A stretch of 64,000 nt of DNA from Bacteroidota bacterium (GTDB lineage: Bacteria > Bacteroidota > Bacteroidia > NS11-12g > UBA9320): assembly GCA_002746305.1 (NCBI GenBank), contig NVWV01000009.1, positions 72,455 to 136,454 on the forward strand, read 5' to 3'. The first letter of the stretch is position 1. Every line of letters starts with the position of its first letter. A model generated the notes under the pieces. It saw only the letters and a program-made list of their open reading frames with translations, was not told where the DNA came from and ran no database searches. The position numbers and the translations under genes are program-made. This document shows, piece by piece, positions 1 to 8,965 of the stretch.

Positions 1-1174
1 ATACGCGTGTAAAATCTTGTGTTCTTGTTAAATAAGCATCACTATGATCTCTATAAAAAACATTGGCAAATCTGAAATTCAAGCTAGAGCTGATTTCTTT
101 TGATTTAAACATTACATCATTCAGTTCTGCTTTCAAAAAATTGAGCTCATCACTCATGCTACCAGTAGCGTCTACCACAAATGCAATATCTACCCTTTGA
201 CTTTGATTACATTCAGTGGTCAACTTCAGTGTATTTAAACCTTTATCCAACGGCAAGGCCTTTTTGATGATGTGTTTTTTGCCATTGAATAGTACCTCTA
301 TACTCATTTTAGTAGACTGCACCTTTTGGCTAAATAACAAACTCTTCCATAGCTCGGCTTTTCCTGTATTATCAGTTCTTGCAGAATAGAATCTTACTCC
401 GCTTTTATCCAATAAATGCACACTAACATCAGCCAATGGCAATCCCCTCTGGTCTATTAATTGAACCATGTATCGCTGCTCTGGACTAAAATTCCATTGA
501 GACTTGTATTTTGATAATTCCTCATTTTTCAAATCCGTCCATAGATTCCACTTGCTAAAATCGTTGATTTCTCCAGCGGTTAATCTTCCTGCAACTCCTT
601 GTTCATTCCCTCCGGGATAATCTCCTGCTACAATTCCTATTGACCTCTTACTTCCTGATGCAAAATCACTTATATCAGCCTCACCTCGCCCCACTATCTC
701 TTCAACAACTTCCGCATCGTCATAATCAGAATCTCTAAACGAGTTAAAATCTCTAAGAAAATCATCCTCTTTTTCAAAAGTGCCATAAATAGCGGGAGAT
801 ATATCTTTTGAAGATGGCTTTCCGGCTTTTCCATCCTTCACCTTATATCTACTTTCTTTATCTCCTTTTAACCCAAAATTCACTTTCTCATCATTGGTCA
901 CCCGGATTTCTTGAACAATTTTTTTATACCCTGCATAAATTATCTCTGCTTTGTACAGACCCGTGTCTAACTTTACGTTAAAATTCCCATCCTTATCTGC
1001 CAATACGGAGGCAACTAGCTTAGTGCCTTTGTAAATATCTACGTTTGCGTAACCCAGACTATTTGTACTACTAAAATCTGAAATGCTCCCACTGATGGAT
1101 TGTGCGTTAACGGTTAATGTGACAATGAATAATGCTAAAAAGCTAAAAAGAATTTGAAGTTTACTGTTTTTCAT
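1..1174 (-). CDS. VWA (von Willebrand A) domain exported protein with N-terminal carboxypeptidase-regulatory-like domain; truncated by window edge
   Basis: Manual translation from ATG at 1174 (not in ORF track because it runs off the edge): MKNSKLQILFSFLALFIVTLTVNAQSISGSI... signal peptide, then DIAFVVDATGSMSDELNFLK (MIDAS-type DxTxS). Confidence 0.8.
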   Translation of the reverse strand, partial: MKNSKLQILFSFLALFIVTLTVNAQSISGSISDFSSTNSLGYANVDIYKGTKLVASVLADKDGNFNVKLDTGLYKAEIIYAGYKKIVQEIRVTNDEKVNFGLKGDKESRYKVKDGKAGKPSSKDISPAIYGTFEKEDDFLRDFNSFRDSDYDDAEVVEEIVGRGEADISDFASGSKRSIGIVAGDYPGGNEQGVAGRLTAGEINDFSKWNLWTDLKNEELSKYKSQWNFSPEQRYMVQLIDQRGLPLADVSVHLLDKSGVRFYSARTDNTGKAELWKSLLFSQKVQSTKMSIEVLFNGKKHIIKKALPLDKGLNTLKLTTECNQSQRVDIAFVVDATGSMSDELNFLKAELNDVMFKSKEISSSLNFRFANVFYRDHSDAYLTRTQDFTRV

Positions 1175-1321
1175 AAGATACAATATGGTATAAAGATACT
1201 AATTAATACCACTGCTAGGGGAAAGGTAAACGGGACGGAGTTCTGTTTTTAATCTCCAATAGAAAATAGCCTTTCAAGATCTCACCTACTTAGTCATTTT
1301 TTATAAAAACTCACCCCACAT

Positions 1322-1352
1322 AAAAAGCCCCCTGCCAATGGCAGAGGGCTTT
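1322..1352 (-). terminator. Intrinsic terminator of the 2209-aa gene
   Basis: Minus strand AAAGCCCTCTGCC-ATT-GGCAGGGGGCTTTTT: GC-rich stem with one G-U pair and a U-tract, 22 nt after the stop. Confidence 0.8.
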
Positions 1353-1374
1353 GAGTGTTATTTAATACTAATAA

Positions 1375-4300
1375 TTATCGTTTTATTACTTTCACTAGCT
1401 TAGTGCCAGCTTTGGTAGTTATGTTTATAAAATACATCCCAGAATTTAAACTGCTCAAATCTATGTTTTGGATACGTTGAGTACCTGCCAAACTAGCTTC
1501 TAGTAGTAGTTTTCCTTCTATGTCTGTTACTGTGATGCTAACATCACTTTCTGCTTCTGCTCCTAGGTCTATGTACACATTAGCTGTAAATGGATTTGGA
1601 TATACTGCTATATCTAGCACTTCTATCTCCTGTCCAAATAGAACTTTGCGTACTTCAGTATACTCATTTTCTCCATTGTAGTCAAACTGGTTTAGGCGGT
1701 AGTATGCCCCCTTAGTTCCTTTGGCTACCTCATGGTCTGTGTAGTTATAGTGTAGTACTTCGTTGCTATTGCCGTTTCCTGCAACTTGGTCTATAGCTGT
1801 AAAGGTGTGTCCATCATAACTGCGTTCTATCACAAAGTGACTGTTGTTTATTTCAGTAGCTGTAGCCCAGTTAAGTTGTGCTGATGTACTGGACAATGCT
1901 CTAGCTGTGAAGTTGATGAGCTCTACGGGTATTGGTGTAGAACTAGCTCCACCGCCTCCGCCGCTTCCTCCGCCACCGCCAGAGAATGAACTTACCTTAA
2001 ATTCTGCTTGGTGATCTGATATACCAAATGCTGTATAAACCCACGTGTTAATACTTGCAGTACTCCCATTAGCTAAAATTTGCCCTGTAACTCCAGACGC
2101 ATGTGGATCTAAAAATGTACCCGCTGTCGTTAGTTTATACATATCCAAATCTAAAACAGTATCAATATGCGATGTATCTGCTCCATTGTTATGATTGGCT
2201 AAGGTATCTTTCAAAGCAAGATATTCTAAATTGGTAAAATAATATCTAATGCCTACATCTCCGGCACTTGGTTGCACAGAAGGTGTTACATTCCATCTAC
2301 GGTCTAGTATTGATCCTCCCGACACATTATGTATTATTCCGCTGCTGTCACTCCAACTTATAGTTTTTGTTGCTCCTAGTTTTAAACTTACTCCATTGTC
2401 TGGCACTACGGCTCCTGTCCCATTAGTATCTAGTGATAGGATAAGCATATTGGTTCCACAATCACAATAGTGTGTCCAATCGCCATCTTTAATACTTCCA
2501 GTTGACGTGTATGTTGTACTTATAGTAGTAGGCAACACTAACGAAATAAGAAAATTATTTTCGTAAGCTCCCATATCTACATCTGTATTTTGAATACGTA
2601 TAGAATCGACAATATCCGTCATTACTCCAGATGGGATATTCCCATTATTCCCGCTATTAATCCCTTTACTACAAGGTGCTAAATACAATCCATCATCTGC
2701 GGTCATCCAAGTATTATCTGCTCCGTCTGCATCTGCATTATCTATAAACTGAGCAGGGCTGATTACACAACCTGTACCTCCACTATAACTCTGCAATAGT
2801 GAATAAGTAACGTTTGCCGTACCTCCACTCACAAGCTCTATATCTGCTCCTGATGTGGCTGTTGATCCTCCTTTGGTATTACCAGATATGATACTGTTGA
2901 CTACTGTTACTGCTGAACCATCTACTGATATAGCTCCTCCTTGATTTGCTTCGTTGGCACTAAAGGTAACTGCATTTAATGTAGCTTCTGAACTACCTGC
3001 TAGCGAGAGACCGCCACCTAAACTACTTCCTCCAGTAACACTGTTGTCTGCAACTACTGCTGTAGTAAGTGATAATATTGTAGAATTACCTAAGTGAATG
3101 GCTCCTCCTTCTTCTACCGCCATATTATTATCATACACCATACGTGATGCAGAAATATCTGCGTGGCCTGTTTGCATGCCGCCACCATTTTTCGCTGCTT
3201 GGTTATCGGCTACTATCATATCCGAGAATACTACCGTACCTCCTAGTATGTTAAGTCCTCCTCCATATTCTCTGTCTACGGTTTCTCCGCTTATGGTTAC
3301 ACTTCCACTTTGAATCGCTTTTCCGTTTACAATTTGGAATCCACTCATGGTTACTTTTCCATTTGCTTTAGTCCAGTTATCTGAACTATCTATAAGCACT
3401 ACGTGATTGGCAAATACACTACTTCCCAAGTCACCATCTAGTACAGCTGGATTAGCCAACAAATCAATAATTCCTCCACCTGTAGCATAACTACCTATTA
3501 ACTCTAGCCCTGGACGGATATGGAACGTTTTATCTTCGGCATTTGCACCAGAAATAATACTTCCACTCATATCTGCATTCATATCATACGGCTCAGTACT
3601 AGGTGTGTACGTACCTTGTGCTACATGTACTTTTTCTACTTCAGCGTACGTCCAAGCAAAATCTAAGGCTTCACCTACTGTTTTAAATGGATTTGCCCAA
3701 CTAGCTCCGTGACCACTCATTGGCACACTTGCATCTACATAAATGTCTGCCGGCGGGTCTGAAAGTGTAGAATCACTTATAGAAACTACCGTAAAGTAGG
3801 TGGTAGAACCTAACTCAAATACATCTGTAGTAATACCTGAGATGGTAAGGGCTCCGTTATTTACTGTAAACGTAGCTTCTTTTAATTCTCCATCACTCAA
3901 ATCACTATCGGTATCTACCAATAGTCGCATATCGTCCATGTTGGCATAGAAATTTTTACCGCCTAGGAGTAGATCAATGGCAAATTCTTGATTGAAACTA
4001 GTATTGGTAGTTTTCCATTCTCTACCTATTCTAGTAACTACACTAGATGGATACTCCGTAGAAACTACTCTATTTAGTGAATCTCCATTGTGTCCCATCA
4101 TAAAATAGGCTTGCCCACCAAATCCTGCTGTATTAGCTGCATTGGTAGTGGCTAGCGTACCTACATAAAGTCTAGTTGAATCATTTTTTTGATGCGACTG
4201 CTTTTGATTGAAATCACTAAATACATCACTGGCTATACCCATTATATCTTGGTTATAGTTGGCCACATCATATATTACAGTACCGCACGTACTATAATAG

Positions 4301-7300
4301 TCGCTTGGTAATACTACACCATACTTGATAGCAAGGTATGATGTCATTTGGTTTAATTCATTGGTACTTAAACTGGTATCATAAGCGATAACCTCTGCGA
4401 TGCTTCCATTCAAAAACTGATTAGGCGTACCATTCAATCTACCGCTTAAAGCAAATTTATTGAAGGTCAAGGTATCATCTCCTGTATTGATACTATCATA
4501 CGTCATAGTGGTATTGACATACATATTGGTAATGGTATCTGTGATAACTACCGAATAAATAGACGGTGTAAGTGTACCGTTGCTCTGCGATACAGGTGTG
4601 GCTCCATTTCTAATGCTACCTACTGTACTGGCAGATGTACGGGTAATCAAGGCAGATGTAGCTATTTCGCTATCATCATTTAAGGCATCTTTGGATGCGG
4701 TAAATAACGATGGATTATCTCCTTCCGTACTTTCTAAATTGGCTACTACCAATACCGAAAAACTAGTCGTGCTATCTTTTATAGATGACCCAAATGCACC
4801 TGATAAACCACCATTGTCATTAAAATTGACCGTAGGATTATAGTTATGTGCATTCATCTCTAATACAGGACTAGTACCCAACACGGTAGTGGCATTATTG
4901 CCTGCACTCGAAAAATCTGTCCAAGACTGTACATCTACTCCGCTTAGTTGCACGCCTTCATCTGCTCGTAGCCACAGCTGTACATTGGGTGTGAAACCTG
5001 CCGGTGCTGACTGCGTACAGATAGCTTCTAACTCCGCCTTGTCTGTACATCCACAGCCATTGCCTGATATAGATACAAGATTATTTATAGTAGCTATATA
5101 ATTACACATGTTGGCATACTCACAGTCAGATAGCATATCATTATTTCTAATATACACTCGCTCATTTATAGTAGCTATGTTTTCTATTCCTTTTAGGCTA
5201 ATAAGCGAATCATTATTGTCAATATGAATACGATAAACGTGGGTAAGCCCACTTAAAGCTTCTATATTTTGTAGGCGAGGATTGCTTTGTATTTCTAAGT
5301 AATGATTGGTAGTACCTACGCAGCCTTTTAGTCCATCTAGATTTTGCAAATTAGTATTACTGGTAAACTTAATCCTCCCACCTGCATCTATTTTATGAAA
5401 TGAATCTACATTTTGCACCAACGGATTACTCTCAAAATAAAAATGAGAAATACCTCCTACTATTTGCCCCAAGTGATCTACATTTTCTAATTTTAAATTT
5501 CCCGATATTGAAAATTGTTGATTGCCTGTAGTGCTCACTATGTTACGTAAGCCATAAAAATTACGGATAGAATCATTGTTGTTGAGTACTAAGCCTCTAA
5601 TACCTGTAATACCATCCAAACTATCCATATTCATCAGGTTATTGTTATCTGATATATTGAGGTTTTGTATAACTCCTGATATCTTGCCCAGTTCATCCAG
5701 ATTGGAGATGCCGTAGTTATTAGCTATCGTAAGGTGGGTTCCTACCGAGGCTATATTGTGTATGCCCTCCATATCAGTAAGTGAATCATTTTGATATATA
5801 TACAACTGCCCTGTAATACTGGTAATACCATCCAGACTATCCATAGTGCGTAAGCGATGGTTGTTTTGAATATTAAGATTATTTATGCCTGTATGAATAT
5901 TACGTAACCCATCCAAATTTTCGATGTAACTGTTGTTATTAATATCTAAATTACCATTGATGGTGGTAATGTTATGCAGACCTTGTAAATCTTCTAAGGA
6001 GTCATTGTTGTAGAGGTATAGTTGTCCATTGAGAGACGTAATACCATCTAGCGAGTCTATATTTTCTAAGCTTTTATTATTGTAAATATAAATATACCCA
6101 TTGAGGTGACCGCTAAGTTTACCCAGTGCATTTAGGTTACGCAGAGAATCATTTTCTCGTATGTGTATATATCCGTTTATACTGTCCAGTACCGCAAAAT
6201 TGTCTAATGAATTTAATTTATAGTTCCTATATATATTAAAGTAGCCATTTATCATTCGCAGGTTTTCAAAACCAGCCAAGCTAATAAGACTCCGATTTCC
6301 ATAAATATACAAACTTCCCCAAAGCGTGTCTAAGCCGGATAATGCTGTTACATCGTTTAACGAATCATTGTTATATATCTGTAGATTAGTGATCCTATCA
6401 CCTATTCCCGCAAGGGCATCTAGGTTATCCAGTATTTTATTATCTCGTATATTCAGTACCCCGTTCATAGAGGCTATATTATCCATACCGTCTAGATCAT
6501 ACAGTTTATCGTTGTTACGAATACTAATAGTCCCATTTACACGTATTACATTTTCCAGTGAATCTACGTCCGTTAGCTCATAGTTGTTTTGTATAGTCAA
6601 AGACCCATTGATGGTATCGGTTAGGTTACGCAGCGGATTAAGGTTAGGTATAAGATTGCAATTTCCAATATACAGCTGGCCTCTACACGCCGTAAGCCCT
6701 TGCAATCCTCGCAAATCCACCAGCTTGGGAAGATTAGTGAGAGTCACGTATTGCACTGTAGAGATACCTTTTAGAGCTTCTATACTAGTCAACTCTGCAT
6801 TAGTCTCCATATAAATATACCCTGATATCTCGTCTATACCTGCTAGGCCATCTAGGTTCTCCAATTTCCCCATGCTTTGAATGGATATGGAGCTAACAGT
6901 AACAGAAGACGAGGAGGTGTGAAGACCACTTAATCCATCTAAGTCTTCTACCAATGGACTGTTATAAAAAGTTATTTGACCATTCATACTGGTAAGGTTA
7001 GACAGTCCGTCTATATTTTCCAGTTTATTGTTTATATAAAAATAAATATTCCCGTTGCAACCAGTGACACTATTTAGCCCATCTACGTTTTCTAACTTCT
7101 TATTACGATTAAACTCAATCTTTCCACCTACGGAGTCTATGCCTGCGAGTCCATCTACATGGATAAGCTCTGGATTATTTATAATATAGAGCTGTCCAAT
7201 GGTTCCTGACAAACCACTTAATCCATCTAAGTTAGCCAATATAGCATTATTATTTATGGTAATACTACCATCAAGATTTACCAAACTGGTCATATTCATA

Positions 7301-8004
7301 GTAGCCATTTTATCATTGTTAAAAATATCCATATAACCGTTTATGCCAGTAATGCTATTGAAATCATCCAAATCAGTAAGTTCTTTATTTTGCCATATTC
7401 TAAAATATCCATCTATGGAATCTAGACTACTTAGGTCTATACTAGTAAGTGCATTGTTGTCTTGAATATTAAGGTAACCTCCAAGCGTACCGTCCAAATT
7501 AGACAACCCATCTAAATCTTCTAATACATTATTGTAATCTATTAGCAAATACCCTCCAATAGAATCCAACGCAGACAGTCCATCTACATTAAGTAATGCA
7601 TCATTATCATAAAATCGAAGATAACCATTTATATAAGCAAGAGCAGACAGCCCATTTACATTGAGCAATGACGAGTTTCTATAAAAATACAGTTGATTTC
7701 CAATGGAGTCCAGTTGGCTTAATGCATCTACATGGGTTATAGATGTGCTTTGTATTTGAAGTCGCCCATAAATTTTCTTTATCTTGTGTAGCGAATCGAG
7801 ATTAAGAATTGCTGACCCACTGATGGTAAGATTACCTGTAATGGTATCTACCTGCCCCAGTGCATCTACCTGTGTTTGGGTGGTTAGTGTGCCTCCTGCA
7901 TGAGTAGTAGCTAAAACATTCTGGCTAAATAGTAATAAGAAGACAAATAGGGCTGATAGTCCTGTTTTCTTCATTGAGAAAGGACATTTGTAGTGTGATT
8001 TCAT
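1375..8004 (-). CDS. 2209-aa T9SS type A cargo: receptor-L/LRR-like solenoid, LamG-like domain, beta-helix (DUF1565/choice-of-anchor-Q-like), shared pre-CTD module, Ig-like domain, CTD
   Basis: Signal peptide; ~24-aa repeats LxxIxGxLxIxxNxxLxxLDGL; VQLWLRADEGV...SYLAIKYGV; IYVDAS..GHGASWANPF..VHVAQGTYTP; VDMGAYE; PIPVELINFTA; VYPNPF...KLVKVIKR. Confidence 0.85.
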   Translation of the reverse strand: MKSHYKCPFSMKKTGLSALFVFLLLFSQNVLATTHAGGTLTTQTQVDALGQVDTITGNLTISGSAILNLDSLHKIKKIYGRLQIQSTSITHVDALSQLDSIGNQLYFYRNSSLLNVNGLSALAYINGYLRFYDNDALLNVDGLSALDSIGGYLLIDYNNVLEDLDGLSNLDGTLGGYLNIQDNNALTSIDLSSLDSIDGYFRIWQNKELTDLDDFNSITGINGYMDIFNNDKMATMNMTSLVNLDGSITINNNAILANLDGLSGLSGTIGQLYIINNPELIHVDGLAGIDSVGGKIEFNRNKKLENVDGLNSVTGCNGNIYFYINNKLENIDGLSNLTSMNGQITFYNSPLVEDLDGLSGLHTSSSSVTVSSISIQSMGKLENLDGLAGIDEISGYIYMETNAELTSIEALKGISTVQYVTLTNLPKLVDLRGLQGLTACRGQLYIGNCNLIPNLNPLRNLTDTINGSLTIQNNYELTDVDSLENVIRVNGTISIRNNDKLYDLDGMDNIASMNGVLNIRDNKILDNLDALAGIGDRITNLQIYNNDSLNDVTALSGLDTLWGSLYIYGNRSLISLAGFENLRMINGYFNIYRNYKLNSLDNFAVLDSINGYIHIRENDSLRNLNALGKLSGHLNGYIYIYNNKSLENIDSLDGITSLNGQLYLYNNDSLEDLQGLHNITTINGNLDINNNSYIENLDGLRNIHTGINNLNIQNNHRLRTMDSLDGITSITGQLYIYQNDSLTDMEGIHNIASVGTHLTIANNYGISNLDELGKISGVIQNLNISDNNNLMNMDSLDGITGIRGLVLNNNDSIRNFYGLRNIVSTTGNQQFSISGNLKLENVDHLGQIVGGISHFYFESNPLVQNVDSFHKIDAGGRIKFTSNTNLQNLDGLKGCVGTTNHYLEIQSNPRLQNIEALSGLTHVYRIHIDNNDSLISLKGIENIATINERVYIRNNDMLSDCEYANMCNYIATINNLVSISGNGCGCTDKAELEAICTQSAPAGFTPNVQLWLRADEGVQLSGVDVQSWTDFSSAGNNATTVLGTSPVLEMNAHNYNPTVNFNDNGGLSGAFGSSIKDSTTSFSVLVVANLESTEGDNPSLFTASKDALNDDSEIATSALITRTSASTVGSIRNGATPVSQSNGTLTPSIYSVVITDTITNMYVNTTMTYDSINTGDDTLTFNKFALSGRLNGTPNQFLNGSIAEVIAYDTSLSTNELNQMTSYLAIKYGVVLPSDYYSTCGTVIYDVANYNQDIMGIASDVFSDFNQKQSHQKNDSTRLYVGTLATTNAANTAGFGGQAYFMMGHNGDSLNRVVSTEYPSSVVTRIGREWKTTNTSFNQEFAIDLLLGGKNFYANMDDMRLLVDTDSDLSDGELKEATFTVNNGALTISGITTDVFELGSTTYFTVVSISDSTLSDPPADIYVDASVPMSGHGASWANPFKTVGEALDFAWTYAEVEKVHVAQGTYTPSTEPYDMNADMSGSIISGANAEDKTFHIRPGLELIGSYATGGGIIDLLANPAVLDGDLGSSVFANHVVLIDSSDNWTKANGKVTMSGFQIVNGKAIQSGSVTISGETVDREYGGGLNILGGTVVFSDMIVADNQAAKNGGGMQTGHADISASRMVYDNNMAVEEGGAIHLGNSTILSLTTAVVADNSVTGGSSLGGGLSLAGSSEATLNAVTFSANEANQGGAISVDGSAVTVVNSIISGNTKGGSTATSGADIELVSGGTANVTYSLLQSYSGGTGCVISPAQFIDNADADGADNTWMTADDGLYLAPCSKGINSGNNGNIPSGVMTDIVDSIRIQNTDVDMGAYENNFLISLVLPTTISTTYTSTGSIKDGDWTHYCDCGTNMLILSLDTNGTGAVVPDNGVSLKLGATKTISWSDSSGIIHNVSGGSILDRRWNVTPSVQPSAGDVGIRYYFTNLEYLALKDTLANHNNGADTSHIDTVLDLDMYKLTTAGTFLDPHASGVTGQILANGSTASINTWVYTAFGISDHQAEFKVSSFSGGGGGSGGGGGASSTPIPVELINFTARALSSTSAQLNWATATEINNSHFVIERSYDGHTFTAIDQVAGNGNSNEVLHYNYTDHEVAKGTKGAYYRLNQFDYNGENEYTEVRKVLFGQEIEVLDIAVYPNPFTANVYIDLGAEAESDVSITVTDIEGKLLLEASLAGTQRIQNIDLSSLNSGMYFINITTKAGTKLVKVIKR
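5010..7910 (-). repeat. In-frame ~24-aa (72-nt) receptor-L/LRR-like repeats with a 72-aa (216-nt) super-period
   Basis: Protein repeats in the ORF track; DNA motif aataccatc recurs at 5608, 5824 and 6040 (216-nt spacing). Confidence 0.85.
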
Positions 8005-8065
8005 TGATGATATAAGTTATAATAGCGTACAATATGCATTCGACAAATACAGAGGGGCAAAAAAA

Positions 8066-8100
8066 TGTGAAGTAATGACCAGTTTTTGTGAAGTACTGAC
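8066..8100. promoter_or_regulatory. Candidate LytTR-type operator: 14-bp direct repeat with 21-bp period
   Basis: TGTGAAGTAATGAC (8066-8079) and TGTGAAGTACTGAC (8087-8100), 13/14 identical, ~60-95 bp upstream of the 2209-aa gene and just downstream of a LytTR regulator gene. Confidence 0.65.
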
Positions 8101-8269
8101 ATTTGGGGTCAAACTCCTGTTGTTTTAACCCTGAATTCGATTAATAATTCAAGACATAGTTTATTAAAAACCTATAGATATAAGACGATTTTTTTGCAGC
8201 ACTAATGGATTAATTGAACTTAGGTTTTAAGCTAAATATGTCACAGGTTCACAAAAGATAAAAGTACAC

Positions 8270-8965
8270 TTATAGTTCCTTGCATCTTTCCAAGACGCTT
8301 TTTTTATAAAGCTTGGAAATAGGAATACTCTCCTCTTCATCAGATATCCACAACTGATCTCCTTCTATGCGTTTCACAAAATCTGTATTGACAATGAATC
8401 TACGATGTACTTGGATGAAATGGCTATTCAGTTTTATGGATATATCACTCAATTTGGAGCGAGTAATGTGATTGGAATTGGGCAATACTATTTTTACATA
8501 GTTAGCATCAGAATATACCATCTTAATGTCCGATTGCTTAAGATTTCTCATTGTCTTTTTGGACCCTATGGTTAGGAAATCACTCTTTACTCTAGAAATA
8601 GAATCTATGACAATTTTTAAATTTGTAAGCACAGAAACCTCATTGTATGGTTTAAGAATAAATCCATCCGGTTTGGTTTCCATTACCGTTTTCATTGTTT
8701 GATGATCAGAATAGGCCGTCAGATACACAATTTTCAAATCCATTTCAGCCCTAATTTGTCCAGCTAAATGTGTACCAGATTGTCCAGAGCCCAGATTCAC
8801 ATCTAATAATACGATGTCTACTTGAAGCTGTCGCAACTCCTGCCATGCCTTTTCTGCATTGGATGCAGACCCAACTACATCGTATTTGTTTTTAAGCAAA
8901 AGTATCTCCAATGCTGTGCGGCTCACCGCCATGTCTTCTACTACGTAGACCCGATTATTTCTCAT
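8270..8965 (-). CDS. LytTR-family response regulator (REC + LytTR)
   Basis: VYVVED, VLLDVNL phosphoacceptor, FILKPY; C-terminal IKMVYSDANYVKI...FIQVHRRFIVN...IPISKLYKK LytTR motifs. Overlaps kinase stop by 11 nt. Confidence 0.92.
   Translation of the reverse strand: MRNNRVYVVEDMAVSRTALEILLLKNKYDVVGSASNAEKAWQELRQLQVDIVLLDVNLGSGQSGTHLAGQIRAEMDLKIVYLTAYSDHQTMKTVMETKPDGFILKPYNEVSVLTNLKIVIDSISRVKSDFLTIGSKKTMRNLKQSDIKMVYSDANYVKIVLPNSNHITRSKLSDISIKLNSHFIQVHRRFIVNTDFVKRIEGDQLWISDEEESIPISKLYKKSVLERCKEL

Noticed and set aside
2249-6814. Short plus-strand ORFs (2249, 3098, 4580, 4889, 6326, 6584) and similar 60-140-aa ORFs opposite or inside real genes across the window
   Set aside because: Antisense or alternate-frame shadows of long coding genes, with no recognisable motifs, signals or promoters.
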